DNA of 64,000 nt, taken from assembly GCA_964187785.1 (NCBI GenBank), contig OZ076409.1:2356001-2420000 (forward strand), in the 5' to 3' direction. The number at the start of each line of letters is the position of its first letter. Positions within the stretch are counted from its first letter, which is position 1. The position numbers and the translations under genes were made by a program. Positions 38,301 through 51,929 of this stretch are shown piece after piece. The notes beneath the pieces were generated by a model, which saw nothing but the letters and a program-made list of their open reading frames with translations, had not been told where the DNA came from and did not search any database. This stretch comes from Amphiscolops sp. MND2022. Lineage: Eukaryota.

Positions 38301-41300
38301 ATTCTTGTATAATTTTTCTAGACTCCTCTTCAGAGAATGGATTGGTTCTCATTTTGGGAGTTTTCATATTGGGAACATTTTTTGGTCTAGTATGAAAGGG
38401 GACTAATCGCAGATTGAGTCAATGCAGAGTTGAAAGTTTTATGGAAGCTAGTTTGTTCAGTCAAAAAAATTCCTAATTTCGCTGTTACACACCATAAACC
38501 AGGTCATTGCTTCATAATCAAAAATAAGCCCAGAAATTTTGTTGAAGCAGCAACCATACCACAAAAAATTCAAGATCTTCGGAATTTGACGAAAATCAAC
38601 TACCGATCCACGTCTCAAATTCTATTGACTTTCTCAAAATAACACATCCTTCAAGCACCGTAACACCAACCCCAGCATGGAACGCGACCAGAAAAATCAG
38701 TCTCACCGAGCAACAGACGCTGGGGGTGGATTGCGTCTACAGTTCGAGGTGAGCCCTTCGTCCAAAATATTGGTGCTCAGCACTAGGGATGTACCGGCCG
38801 GAACAAAATTCTCTTAAAAACAGCATTGTTTCCAAATTGTTTTCAATTATTTCATAAATTGATACAATTGACTAAAACAATTTCGGATTATGGTGAAGAA
38901 ATAAAAGTTTTTCGCCAGTTTCTGGAAGAAGTCAGCTTCTTTTTTCTTCATATATGTTTCCAAATTCGGAGAACAACCTTTCTGAATATACAGATGACAG
39001 AGGTGATGTTTTGTTCTGAGAAATCGCATATAAAGCATTCGATACAAAGCAAAAAACATGTTACGTAAATGTAGGATAGCACAATCAAAATTCCGGTCCG
39101 GTTCCGGCCGGAACTGGAAATCGAGTTCCGGTTCCGGTTCCGGCCGGAACTCAAAAACGCATTCCGGTACATCCCTACTCAGCACGATGGCAGGTAGTGT
39201 ACCAGGGAATACAGTCAGAAGTTGATAAATTATGACATCATTAAGGTGCATTTGACTTCCGGACCACCGTTTGACCATAACTTGAACGGGATCGTTTTAT
39301 TAGGCCCCAAAAACTGAGGCCAGCTAATGAAATGTTATCTGAGGCCCGAAAAATCCATCCGAGTAATTTGCAACAAGACAAACTAAACTATGAAAATTTG
39401 GTTTCACGCAGCAGAAAACTTGTTTACCGTGCATTCTGATTGATTAAATTTAAATTTATAATCGAATTGAATTCAGTCAATTGAAAACGTATATCGGATA
39501 ATGTCGAAATCATTATAACGGAGTCCTAAATGCGGGAGCGTAGCGAAGGGGAACGACGTGCCACTACTAGTCTAGCGGCTGGTTTTATCGAAGGTCGACC
39601 CACGGGAGTGGCGCGAAAGCCGAGTCATTCAACCAATATTTTCGATATTGGCTGATTTTACGCTAATAGTCGCGCCAATTGATTGGGCCTGAGTTTCAAT
39701 ATTTTCTGGTCTTAAGCTACACTAGCTTCGGGCCTCCGATATAATACAGCAATAATTTCAACCAGCCAAATCGTTCGTCAGGTCTTGAAAGCACAGAATC
39801 GGTGAGGCGTTTAAATAGCTCCAGGCACTGAGATGCAAGTCGTACGGCATAATATATATCTATTTCGAAGTTCTGCAAAAACGTTCAATCAAACATCAAA
39901 CGAGTTTCAACGACATGAAAGGATTGATAAAAGCAACAAGATTTCGGGAAATGAAAGAAAGGAACGTAGACAGGAAAACTATAAAAATGACTTTTCGTCG
40001 AGTTTGATAAAAGACGACAACGCGGTTCTATAGGTTCAATAAACCGCTGTTGTCAAATGAACGCTTCAAAATAAGTTGAGTCACTAAACTCATAAAAACT
40101 GAAGTTAACACAAAATTGGTAGAACAATAAAATCGATAGCCACTTCGAGCAGAAAATCTCACAAAAAACATGAGTCGCTGACGGCAATAAAACTGAACGT
40201 AGTTTATTTGAAATGATGAAATGAAGCGATTTCTACGAGTACAAGCTAAACTGAAGAACAGTAAAGAGTGAAACTACAACCCTTAAACATTTGCAGTTTT
40301 AGAATTCATCAAAGGAATATTTCGCGAAAGGGACTAGAAGTTTTTCACGAACAAGACGGGATATTTTCCGCCACAAAAATTTCAGGCTCCTGCCCGGGTT
40401 CGAACCCACTACCTGCTGTCTGCCAGGCGGACGCACTACCAACTGGGCCACCATGACTGAAATATCCACATACCAAAAGGAGCCAAAACTTTGGCAGAAT
40501 TTGGGAAAAACGTTACACAGATGGTGACTTTCCTACATTCTATTCAAACATTTGTGAGGGCGGAAAATAATAAGAGCTGAAATATGACAGTTAAACCTGA
40601 ATTGCTATCTATAAAGGCAGAGTAACTAGACGGAACTTTCAGTCTCTCGAAGGAATTCAGACCACATATTACTCATATTACACCGTAGAGAACAACCTCA
40701 AAACCTACCAATTCTGGGAATCAACAGTGCCCTTCAAAAACATTACTCCTAAAGCTAGATATATAAAAGATCAAATTGAGAAAAAGAGATTATTCAAAAA
40801 GAGAACAGGCCGGGAACGGCCAAAGTCGGCGCTATATCTAAGGCTCAAAATTGTAAAAGGGGGGACCCTTTGGGCTTTGTGAAACTCCAGTTGGTTGCAA
40901 AATATGAAAAAAATGAAGCGGGGACCCTTTGGAGACTTTACAAAATTTTGGAAAAAATTTTTGAAATGAGATTTTTGAACAGTGTCTCAGTGCCCAAAAA
41001 TGTAAAAGGGATTTTTTGACATCCATTCTGTTGCAAAATATCGAAACAAATGAAGGGGGGACCCTTTGGTGCAATCCAAAAAACTTTTGAAAAAGTCGCA
41101 CAGTGCCGAAAAAAAGTTTGAGGGAACTAAGGAGATCCTTAGTGTGTTTTCGAGTTTCTGGACGTTTCTTTTTGTTTTGACCAGGTTCTGGGGTTTCGAG
41201 TGTTTTGAACTGCCGTAGTTCAAGTTGTTGAACAAATGAACAGAGAACAGAAAAGTGGACCGAACGCGTAATAAAAAAAGAAAAACTACTCACTGTACGC

Positions 41301-44300
41301 GTCGGGCACATTTTCTACTAAAATGCGCCGACTAAAAATATCCGGTTATGAGCACAGAGGAAGAACTCATAATGAAAACATTTTTTGACATACTTGAAAG
41401 GTACTATCAAACCAGAGCCGCATGTGCGGCAAAGGTGTCGGAAACGGGGTAAAATATTGTAAAACAAATTTCATACTTTCTTATTTGGTCATTTTTGGAC
41501 TAATATTGGCGACATTTTTAGACTTCAGTCATACTATTTTGATGCCATTGCGTACGCCATTGCGTGATGCCATTGCGTACCTCTGGGTGTAGAATAACTG
41601 TGCTAAATTTTTAAAGAAAATAGTACGGACAGTTTTTGAGAATTTTTCATTGAAAGGTCGGGAGAAAAAAGGTACGATTGCGTAAGTAGTTGAAAAGTTT
41701 ATCCGACTCCTAAAAAGTCACTGCTATAGTCGGGTCTTCTCTTCGAGAAGTGCCGACTAAAAACGGGCAAAATTAATTTTTAACTTTCATTTAAAAAGTG
41801 AAAAAAGAGCGTCTTTATGTCTGGGTTGTAATGATTTGAAAACTTTGTTCAAAAAAAATGTTTAAAACATGTTTTGAACGTTGTTTTAACCAGGCATTTT
41901 CATGTATACAACATTAGGCTGCGGTTATAGCCATATTACCTCTTCAAAAATACGAAACCCGAGCAACTTTCCGAAAAACCCTGGATTAGACGTAGCCAAA
42001 CTACTTTTAGGATATAGTTCTATTTAAACAAGCCGGGAACGGCCCAAGTCGGCGCCATATCCAAGGCTCAAAAATAGCAAAGGGACTTCAAAGAATCAAT
42101 TTTTCTTTTCTAAAGTACCCGCATGAGGAAAAAATTGAAAAAAAAATAGTTTTTCAAAAATTTTTTGGTCCGGTAAGTCGCAGAGCGCCGAAAAATGTAA
42201 AAGGGGACCTCAAAAAAGCCTAATTAACCTCTATCTCAAGTGCCAGTAGAAGTAGTGTGGCATTTAGTGTTAGTTCAAGTCAGCTTATGAAGCTTATAAA
42301 ATCTGTCACTTCGTTGGTCTTAAAAAAAACAAGCCGGGAACGGCCCAAGTCGGCGCCATATCTAAGGCTCAAAAATAGCAAAAGGACTTCAATGTGTCAA
42401 GTATTCTCTTCTACAGTACCCGCTTGAGGAAAAAATTGAAAAATAATTCCAATTTATTTTGATTTTTTGATTTTTTTCTCGATTTTTTTGGTCTCCGGTA
42501 AGTCGCATAGTGCCGGAAAATGTAAAAGGGGGGCCTTTGGGAGTTTTTGAACATCCATTGTTTTGCAAAATAGGAAAAAAATGAAGGGGGGCCCTTTGGA
42601 GACATTTAAAAATTTGCGAAAAAAGTCTCACAAAGCCAAAAAACCTGCACACAAAATTTTTGGTCATGGGCGGGACTCGAACCCACGTCCTTCTGCTTGG
42701 TAGACATCAAAAATTATCCTAATTAACCTCTATGCTAAGTGGCAGTAGAAGTTACAAGTGTGACAGTTAGTGGACGCAGCTTATAAAGCTTATGAAATCT
42801 GTCAGTTCGTTGGTCTTAAAAAAAGTCACTACTATAGTCTGCGTTTTTCTAGAATGCAGTTACGGTAATGAAGCCTATTTTGGTGGAAGCTGAATTTTGT
42901 TCAGTCAGCCGGGTGCTCTGTCGCGGACGCAGTCTACAGCTGGAAAAACTCGAAAAACTTACCTGTGTAAAAAGGTGCTAAATCGTTAATGTTTTTTAGT
43001 CGGCCCATTTTCCTTTCAAGGAAAAATGCCTGACTCTTACAGTGACCTTTTTTCTTCAGACCACAAACCTCACACTGATCGGTCCACTTTTTACAGAAAC
43101 TACTAAAACTACTCAGGCCAAGTCCGGCCAATGCAACCTTAGTGCAAAGGGTCCCCCTTTCACTTTTTACTCTTTTAACGTATCCTACGAAACCGGACGA
43201 TGCTAAAGGGTCCCCACTCGCGATTTTTTCGGCCAGTGTGCGACTTTTTTTCGAAAATTTTTTAATGTCCCAAAATGGTACCCCTTTCAAGTTTTTTGAT
43301 ACTTTGCATCAGAATGTATGTTAATCAATCCCAAATCCCTTGTACATTTTCGGCACTATGCGACACTTTCCGAAAGAAAAAAAACCGACGTTTTTTTGTT
43401 CCCAGTTGGGGAAAAGTGGTTTCCGAGTCTTATCGACCATGAAAGGCACCCTTTGGGTGTCTCGAAACTGTTTTCTGAGCTTTTCATAAAAACGTCCTGG
43501 GCATATTTCAAAAACTTTGCGCTTTTTGAGCCTTAGATATAGCGCCGACTTTAGACGCTCTCGTCTTTTTGTTTAAAACATGTTTAAAATGTTTAAAACG
43601 TTTTTTGTTGAGTTCGTGGTTTTGACAATCCTGCTTTGTGTATAGAATAAAATGTATTGACTGAGTCCTTACATGTCCGTGCATGACCCCGCTGCCCCCG
43701 CAAGAGGAGGTCGAGATGACAATGTTGACGTCACTGGTGTGAATGACGTCATCGAGGGGCAGGTCCAGGGGAGCCTCTTCCTCCTCTTCGCTCATGGTGG
43801 AGTGAGTCGTGTTCTCCTCGTCGTCGTGTTGCACCCCGAAACCCCCGCCACTAAAAAACAGGAAAAATAGAAAATTATATTCAATGTTAAAAACACCCAA
43901 AAACAAGCTTTTTTAGAACACCCAAGTTTTTTAAATATGCAAAAGGACACTATTGTTGAAATTTTAGCAAATTTACAGTGTCAAAAAACCCGTAAGACTC
44001 AAAAACCGCTTTTTCCCAAACTGGAAACATCGAAAAACATTTTTTTAAGAAATATTTTTTTTGAATTTTCTTTCGGAAAAAAAGACTCGTATTGCAGAGA
44101 AAACGCTTTTCTCAAGCGAAAAACATTTTTGACAGTAAAGAGGGTGCAATTTGACAAAATAGATTTTTTCAGAGAATTCTTTCTGTTCTGATAGAAATCT
44201 GTCAGTTCGTTGGTCTCAAACAATGCTACGAAAACCAGTGCTAAAAATATATAAATGCAAAGTTTTCATCCAACTTGAAAACATTTTCTGGCGCAAAAAA

Positions 44301-46383
44301 AATCATTTTTGAAATTCTCCAAACACAAGGTGATTACCTTTTTCCTGGAAAAAATGTTTTCCAATAAATAAGTTGTAATTAGAACACTTTTAAAATAGGC
44401 CCCTCCGGGCACACTATTATTTCGGCTTTAATCTTTCATTAATAAAAGAATCATATCTGCAATACCAATACACTCCTGTTTAATCATTATTTAGCGCACA
44501 ATTAATCACTGTACCAGTTTATACCGCCTTCAAATCTCGGACTAAAGCAAATACAACTACTAAGCGTAGACGAAGTTTCGCATTCGCATTTGAATGCAGG
44601 CGAAGCTTTCAAAGAACAAATAATTAACAGTCATTCTCTTCATCTCAATGACGTCAGCGTATGAATGCATAATTACCACTCGCTCGTTTCATCGCACGAG
44701 AATTGAGTTGTCGGCGGCAGCTTGAGAAATTTATTTCTCACGCTTACAGTGACTGCCGAACAAAATATCTGAATTATTCAGTATCGCGACAAGAATTTAA
44801 CTGAAAAATTTTTTTGACATATTGAGGATTCAATAATATTCCCGCTACTGCAGAAATAATGAAAAGAAATAAAGACCAACTTCCTCAGAAGATTTTTAAG
44901 ACGTGATAGAGAACTGTATACAAAATGATTTGCAGACTACTTGTTTTCTTCAAAATTGATTGCTTAGCAGATAAAATTCCGACTAGGCAAAATTGCTTTG
45001 ATTACGTGAACCTGGTTTATTTGATTCAATCTAAATACCACGAGGTTCTACTTCTAATGAACAGGAAAAACAGAAATAAGAAAGGGAACAAGCCGGAAAC
45101 GGGCCCCGCTCTAGATTAAAAAAAAACATGTTTTTTTAGATATGTAAAGGGACACTATTGGTGAACTGTTATCAAATTTAAAGTGCCAAAAAATACCCGA
45201 AGGGATACTCATAAGACTAGGAACCTGCTTATTCTCAAAAACCCAAATTTTGAAAGAAAATCAACGAATTTTTTCTTTAGGAAACAATCTCATAATGCCG
45301 AAAACTCCAAAAGGAAATCCATTAAATTGTTGAAAAAAAAAACAAAATTAGGAAAAAAGTTTTTCAAACCTTTCATGCAAGTTTTGAACAATTTTCTGAA
45401 CTATGCAATTTAGTTGGTAAACTAGCTCAGGACTGAAAAAATCTCAAGCGTCTTGCTTGAATTCAATCAACTTTTGGTCTCCAAGTTAGAGTCAAACTGA
45501 AGCTGGTTCTCAAGACGTCAATTTAATAACAAAATAGTTGAATATCTAAAATGGTATTTTTCGTGAACGTTTTTGATTCTAATCAACCCTAGGGTGAACA
45601 AATATAATTCTTGAAAATATCTTGCGAGACGTCTTGCAAGACAATCCATTATTCTTGCGAACTGTCTTGCAAGATTCTTGAAAGAAATGAAATTGCGAGA
45701 GAAATAATGCAAGGAAAGTATGAAACTTTCAAGCAGAGGTGTGACAGCGATAGCGTAGCGACAATCCAGCATGAATTAGCGATAGCGAGAGTTAGCGACA
45801 AATTAAAGCGTTAGCGAACATTTTTATTCGCTAAAAGAATTCAAAATTAACTAATGTAATAAATTAATGGGAATAACTTGACACATCATATTGGCTGTGG
45901 CTTGGCTTTCATTTTCTTCCGAACGGTTATTCAGTGTGCCCGGCAACGTGCAGAACCCAAGGCGAACTAGATTTTGCCCACATTTTTCTCAAAATTTGTT
46001 ATTTGTAAAACACCATTCTGAAATTTTTGAATGAATATCTTGAAAATCAGATTTTTTAATTAGCGATAGCGTTAGCGATAACGGCACCCAAAATAGCGGT
46101 CTTAGCGATTAGCGACAGCCCAAAGTTGAGACGATAGCGAACAGCGGTTTTGGGGGCGGCTGTCACACCTGTGCTTTCAAGATATCTGCGAGAGAATTTC
46201 CGAGATGTTCAAGAAACCTTTCCATTGAAAACCAACGATTAATCACTTCCGCTAGTAATTAATACAACAAAATTTCTAACGACGAAATTTCCGCCTCCTC
46301 CGCTCCATAGGAACTGGATAAAAAGCAATGGAAAATGAATGTTGCATTCACCTGTGGCCTCCACCGGCGGCGGATTCTTCCAT
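26339..46383 (-). CDS. Host gene with a low-complexity Ser/Thr/acidic N-terminus; predicted exons 46383-46352, 43850-43673, 28040-27910, 26575-26339; probably continues leftwards out of the window
   Basis: Four GC-rich islands join in frame with intron phases 2, 0, 2 (MEESAAGGGHS|GGGFGVQHDDEE...MHGH|QLTQPQ...NHNIS|SSGDVT...RYLN). Acceptors are AG; donors are gtgaat, gtaagg, gcacgc, gcgagt. No recognisable domain. Confidence 0.55.
27677..27840. mobile_element. Small degenerate TIR element (MITE-like)
   Basis: Inverted ends cacacaactccgtttat / ataagcggagttgagtg; internal tataacgat repeats. Confidence 0.4.
28511..34548 (-). mobile_element. Non-autonomous Helentron-type (HINE/DINE-1-like) element in concatemer form: three ~74-bp 5' heads plus three bodies (two ~2.36 kb, one internally deleted ~1.09 kb)
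   Basis: subTIR GGCTTCGAGCG (28536-28546, inverted at 34536-34546); terminal hairpin GCGCAAA-ggaa-TTTGCGC (28516-28533); inserted in an A/T run of another repeat with no TSD; body units start at about 28511, 30873 and 31961. Confidence 0.75.
34336..34548. repeat. Three tandem ~73-75-bp hairpin-containing repeats (HINE 5' end)
   Basis: ccaaaacgctagtaaacgcgg...gaagcctc at 34336, 34411 and 34484. Confidence 0.9.
35197..35995 (-). mobile_element. Two nested copies of the abundant HINE/DINE-1-like dispersed repeat
   Basis: aacaagacgggaacgtctaaagtcggcgc heads at about 35197 and 35484; gcgccgactaaaa tails at about 35940 and 35995. Confidence 0.7.
36301..36814 (-). mobile_element. HINE/DINE-1-like dispersed repeat copy
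   Basis: Same AGTCGGCGC subTIRs and ggggaccctttg internal repeats. Confidence 0.7.
37490..38390 (-). pseudogene. Decayed IS630/Tc1/mariner transposase (DD37E-like)
   Basis: Fragments LVMDDESYCTFSG, PDLSSS and ENIDFVKRED...LRPIEQYW; N-terminal HTH-like IYNILTKFEE; many stops and frameshifts. Confidence 0.65.
38784..39177. mobile_element. hAT-type MITE
   Basis: 14-bp TIR TAGGGATGTACCGG; perfect 8-bp TSD CTCAGCAC; ccggtt subterminal repeats. Confidence 0.9.
40383..40457 (-). mobile_element. tRNA-derived SINE head or pseudo-tRNA
   Basis: A box TGGCCCAGTTGG and B box GGTTCGAACCC on the minus strand; acceptor and anticodon stems do not pair. Confidence 0.55.
40803..41338 (-). mobile_element. HINE/DINE-1-like dispersed repeat copy
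   Basis: Head gccgggaacggccaaagtcggcgc; tail gcgccgactaaaa. Confidence 0.7.
42027..42845 (-). mobile_element. Nested or truncated HINE-like repeat copies
   Basis: Two aacaagccgggaacggcccaagtcggcgcc heads at about 42027 and 42328. Confidence 0.6.
42991..43570 (+). mobile_element. HINE/DINE-1-like dispersed repeat copy, opposite orientation
   Basis: ttttagtcggc...agcgccgactttagacgctctcgtct. Confidence 0.7.
45734..46173. mobile_element. hAT-type MITE
   Basis: TIR CAGAGGTGTGACAGC / GCTGTCACACCTGTG (1 mismatch); 8-bp TSD CTTTCAAG; tagcga subterminal repeats. Confidence 0.88.
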
Positions 46384-47715
46384 TTTCGCAGAATTGCGAA
46401 TTCCCAGTTGAACAGAGACAGACGATAAATCAGATCAGATCAGAGTAGATTAGATCACATATCCAAATCGTCACACATTGGGTGCTAGGTATGACATAGA
46501 ATATCTGCAAAATAACACTTGAATTTGAATTTATTCTTGAATAATTCAATTACTCTTTGGGAAATGAAACATTGGTTCAAACAGTGAACGATTGGCTCAA
46601 TTATTTGCCAATTTTGAATAATTCAGAGAAAAAATTCCTTGAAAAGTTTTTCCCTAGGCCTTTCAAACGGGTGTAGATACATCGTTCAGCTCTAATCACA
46701 TATTCGACTTGACTGAATTACGGAGACATGATTCCAATTATTATTTATATTGCTCCTTCTTCATCTTTGTTCAAACATTTGTTAATCGCATTTTGTGATG
46801 CTCTTCAGCTTGAAGCAAATTCACATTCGAAATAAAATGTAAAAACGTTCATTTTCTTCATCTTGGGGGGCAAGATTCACGTTCTTTAAGCACGGTACAT
46901 TTTTTCCAAAAAGACAGGCAGTCTCATATGCAAGTTCCACAAACTTTCTGGATCAGATGTTTTTAAAATGTTTTCAGATCGTTAGTTTGACATGAAAATG
47001 ACTACTGGCTGGCGGTGCGTGTTCAAAGTGCCATTAGAATTAACCAAAACTAATTAATTAAAATTGGCACTCGTCCCAATATGCACGAGGCAAGGAGATT
47101 TAGCGCAATTATGTCTCAATTCTTCAAATCGAATTACTTTCTATGGTTCAGCATTGCTTAGAGAACCTCAACATCGCGAAATTATTTAGAGATATGACTT
47201 TGGGAGTTTAAGCTTACTTTTGAAACCTTGACGTGTCAAAGGGTCCCACTTCTGTTTTTTTTTCGGCACGATGCATCTTTTCGAAAAAAAATATATTTCA
47301 CCGAAGTGCCCCTTCGGTTCTCACACTGTCTCAACTTTGGAAAAGCCGTTTAGGGAGCCTAAACGATCCCATCTTTTGAGTTTTTCGGGAATGTGCGACT
47401 TTGTTCAAGAAAAATACTGGAAAACGTTTTTTTTTCACCAAATTGGTTTTTTAGATGACTTCAGTGAGAGAAAATTTAATTCGACGTTTCTAAGAAAAAA
47501 TTCGACGTTTCCAGAAAAGGTGCCCCTTTGAAATTTTGTTCTCAGAAAAACTTTAAGAATTTGCTTTGAGCCACTCTGAGCATATTTATGAAACTCTACG
47601 CTTTTTGAGCCTTGTGCGGTTGAGCGGGCGCCGACTTCTCATGTTTGTTTTTCAGCGGATAGAAAATATCCACTTTACGACTGCAACTGATTACATTAAA
47701 TGAACGGTAATGTTT

Positions 47716-48896
47716 CAGTGGTGTGAAGATAGAATGCTACCTAGAAAGTTTGATGCGGTTTACAAAACCTTGAATAACTAAGTAAATAATAGGATCTCAG
47801 AAAAAATCATATCTGAAGTTCATTTCAAGGGCCTTAAGCTGATTCATTTATTTACCTACAACGATGCCACAATCCAGCGAAAAATTGCTTCTACAAATAA
47901 TATAACTAAACTTGCAAAATCTTTATCAAATTTCCAAAATAACCAACGTACATAAATCAAGTGTTTCTCGAAATATCATTCGATACAATGACCGAGGACA
48001 TATTAATGACAATAAAAGTCCCGGTCGGCCGAAAAAAGTCAACCAAAGAACGGAAAGAATTGTGGTTCGAACTTCAAAAAAAACCTTTATCAAATGCTTC
48101 CCGGGTAAAAAAATTCCCAACAAATCGACTTATGTACCAGTTATATCAGGAAGAAATTGATCAAGTAGGGCTTCGAAAGCGAAAAATTGCAATGAAAATA
48201 CTTCTGGGCCGAATTGACAAATAAGGAAAAATGGGCGAAAAAATTTTGGTCGAACAAAACGCAAATTTCTGAAAAACAAGTCGCTTTTTTGGACGTGACT
48301 ATGCTTGAGCTGAACAGTAAAGGGAGGATCTTGTGAGACGACCCAGAAAAACCCGTTTGGATAGCCAGTTTTTCGAGAAAATGTTTTTTCCTCGAGAATT
48401 GATGGTTTGGGGATGCATTCGATTGAATGGCGATAGATTGCTGAAACCTATAAAAGACAAGGTAGATTCAGAGATTCAGATTTAAACACCAAAGATCATG
48501 TTATAGACTTCTTCTATATGCATGAACCGTTCCAACAAGACAAAGCCCCAACCCATACATCAATGAAATCAAAGAAAAAATTTGGGAAATTTATCGAACA
48601 TTGGTGGAGTATCCCGAAGAAAAACATCTGTAAAAGACATCCGGAGAGCATAGAACTTTGGAATTATGCATAGGAAGAATTGGAAAAAATTCCGGTTGAG
48701 TACATAGTAAAACTTTACGACTCAATTCCTCGACGATTTCAGCTAGTTGTTGCAACAAGAGGTTAACCGACGAAAAAATACTTTTCTCTACGTGATGGTA
48801 TGTTTTGTCTTTTTTGAATACGTTTTGTTATATTTTTGATTTGACTTTGTTGCAATAAAATTTGGTACGGAGTCGCATTCTTTTTTCACACCACTG
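47716..48896 (+). mobile_element. Decayed Tc1-like DNA transposon (~1.18 kb)
   Basis: TIRs CAGTGGTGTGAA.A.AGAATGC; transposase remnants: HTH plus GRPKK, LMVWGCI, FQQDKAPTHTS. Confidence 0.85.
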
Positions 48897-51476
48897 TATA
48901 ATGAGGAAATCCATAGTATCTTCATTTATTGACTATTTCAAATCAGGGTTGTTTAATTTTTGAGCTATATCAAATACAGCGCATTAGTTATTATTTATTC
49001 GAAAGATAACTGGAGAGATGGATTTTGCCATATTTGTCATTTTAAATCTGCACCTTGGCGCAAAAATAATTTCACACTGAAATTTTTGAAGATCAGTCAC
49101 TAGGAGGGAAGTATATGTTCCTTTCGGAAAAACCAAAAAACTCAATGATTCATCAGGCAAATGTGTACCTGAACTTTAGAACAAGCTGGTAAAAGTTTCC
49201 GTGATAACAGACTGTACCTTGACGAGATCTATGAGTGATGAAGTGGTAAAATTTTTCCGTCATAATTTTCTCAGAAACTTTATCCTTGGTAATAGGGATC
49301 TTGTTTTGTGTTCGGTAAAAAATTGACTTGAAACGAAGCAAGTCAATGCTATACCCGAAAGTAGTCATCGCATTGGGTAAGACGGGCTTTACCCAGCCTG
49401 CACTATGCGGTGTCTGCTAGGTTCTCACTTGTTAGGGACCATACGTGAAGTAGTTACTGTGTGCACTCTTCACACTTGGGTTGAATGGTTTTCTGTGGGA
49501 GTTCCCAGTAGATACATGGAAGTAGTTACCAGGTTCACCACACAAGGCATCTATCTCTCCTATATTGAAATACATCTAAGTGTAAAAAATCAAGCGGTTC
49601 CTTGCCTACTTTATTTGATCTCAAAAAAAAATAAATTTCAAAATTTTTTTAAAAATTCCCTGAAAATTTTGACATTCCTCATATTTTGTTTTGATATGAT
49701 ATGAATTACTTGTTATCAGGCTTCCGTTAAGCGGGCATATGGCTTTGGAAGTCTGTTCTGTTATTTGATGATGGTATATAATCTGTATTAGATCGCGTTT
49801 CTTTTCATTGAATAGCAGATAAATTCAAATTCAATTCATTCTTCGACCAAATTATGTCTTTTGAGATATTGCATTAAACGGAAGGTCAATTGTGGTTATT
49901 TCCAACTATTGGCAAAGAAGCTATTTTTTGAAATCCGCAAAAAATGTCTAAGTTAACTTGAACAAGCAGGAAACGGCAAAAGTCGGTGTCTTGCTCAAGG
50001 TTCAAGAAGAACAAAGTGTTTGAAACATTCAGGGAACAAAGTGTTGAACATTCAACAACTATTGTGAAACTTTCCAATTATCATACAGTGACAAAAAGTA
50101 CTCAGAGGTACCCTTGTGACTCGAAAAGAGTCTGAACTGAAAACATCAGAAAAACAAAAAAAAATGAAAATCAGCCTTTCAAAAAAGTTGCATAGTCTCG
50201 AAAAACCCATAAAGAGGCCCTTGAGGCTCGTTAAACGCTTTTTCCAGACCGAAAACTTTGAAGAAACTAGAGGGGGTACCCTTCGATGAAAATTTTCGAA
50301 AAAGTCGCAGAGCGCCGAAAAAATCAAGGGAAAACCAGAAAAAACTGCCTATCCTGGGTTCAAACCACGCACACTTGCCTTGATTTACAGCTTATGAAAA
50401 TTTATAAAAGTAGGCGAAGAAAAAAGTTGCCATTGTAAGAGTCGTGCATTTTTTCAAAAGCTCCGACTAAAAACGCAAAACTTGGCATATGTTCACGCTT
50501 TGGAACTTCGTTGAACTCAATCATCTAACAATTCACTGGATGATTCAACAACGTTAGATTTCAGTGTTGAATTATTCTTGAATATTCTTCAATTCGCTTT
50601 TTTAAACAAAATGAAATTTACAACTCATTCATTTCGAATTCTGTCTGTATATGGTCATAACTTTCATTCGTTTTAAAAGGTCATTGAAAAAACTTTGAAC
50701 TTCAAGAGAGTCTTCTCTTGCTCCATTTTATTTAATCAGAGCCGGATGTGCGATAAAAGAGTCGGAAACGGATTAAAATATCGAAAAACATTACCTACTT
50801 TGTCATTTGGTAATTTTGGACTAATATTAGGTACGTTTCTCTCATTCCAGTCATACAATTTTGATGACACTGCGCACGCAGGAGCACCTTTGGGTGTAGA
50901 ACGACTGTGCTAAATTTTATAAAATTTGATGAACAGTTTTTGAGAAATTTCAAATTTTCATTGAAAGGTCGCGAGAAAAAAGGAAAGGTACTAGGTGCAT
51001 AAGTAGTCGCAAATTTTTTCCCACTCCTAAAAGTGAAGCTTTTTTGCAACAGGAGCATGATATTTCCATTTTCGGCGCATTTTATCAAGTAAACCTTCAA
51101 TTAGAACAACCTCGAAAGAAAAGCGAAAAAAAAATAGAACAAAGTTCGTTTTTAACACGTGATTAACCATCCGGGGAAGGCCTCCGGACCTAATTATTCA
51201 CACTTCACTTTCTCAGCCAATATTGTGATTTGATCTCCACGCTTCAAATCAAAATGATACAATTCGATTCCATTTCTACGTTTTTTCGAGAAGAAATATA
51301 ATCAAAAGGCTACGAGACAGAACGTGAAAACAAATTATCTTTCAGAAAAATGGTGTCAGCCAATTTAGAGACAGCTGCCAGCCATGCTGATTAATGATAA
51401 GCATTTCGGACACCCTAGCTGTGAGCCACTTTCGAACAAAAAGTTCCTGGAATCAGAATGATTTTTTAAATTATCA

Positions 51477-51929
51477 ACAAGCCGGGAACGGCTCAAGTCG
51501 GCGCCATATCTCAGGCTCAAAAATAGCAAAAGGACTTCAAAATGTCAAAGTATTGGTGAATTGGGGCCCTTTTATGGAAAAAAATAGAAAAGTCTCACAA
51601 TGCCGAAAAAACTGAAAGGGGGGACCCTTTGGGATTTTTCAACATCCATTCTGTCGGAAAATATCAAAAAATTGAAGGGGACCCTTCGGTGAATTTTTTT
51701 CCGAAAAAAAAGTCTCAGAGCCGAAAATACTCTAAGGGAGTACCCTTTGGCCCCTTTGAGTTTCTTAGATGATGTAAAAATACTACTTCGTAAGCTAAGT
51801 AAGAATTGTATGAAATTGTAAGAATTGTAAGAAAAGTGGACCATTCAGAGTGAGATTGTCAGCTGGAAAAAACTACCCACTGTAATAGTCGGGCTTTTTT
51901 CCTTAAGGGAAAAAGGCGCCGACTAAAAA
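51477..51929 (-). mobile_element. HINE/DINE-1-like dispersed repeat copy
   Basis: Closely resembles 35484-35940. Confidence 0.7.

Noticed and set aside
40383..40457. Functional tRNA gene
   Set aside because: A and B boxes are present but acceptor and anticodon stems do not pair; treated as a SINE head.
49168..49576. Exon-like minus-strand segment bounded by ttag and AG|gtacac
   Set aside because: Stops in the frames I examined and no recognisable homology; at most a decayed exon.
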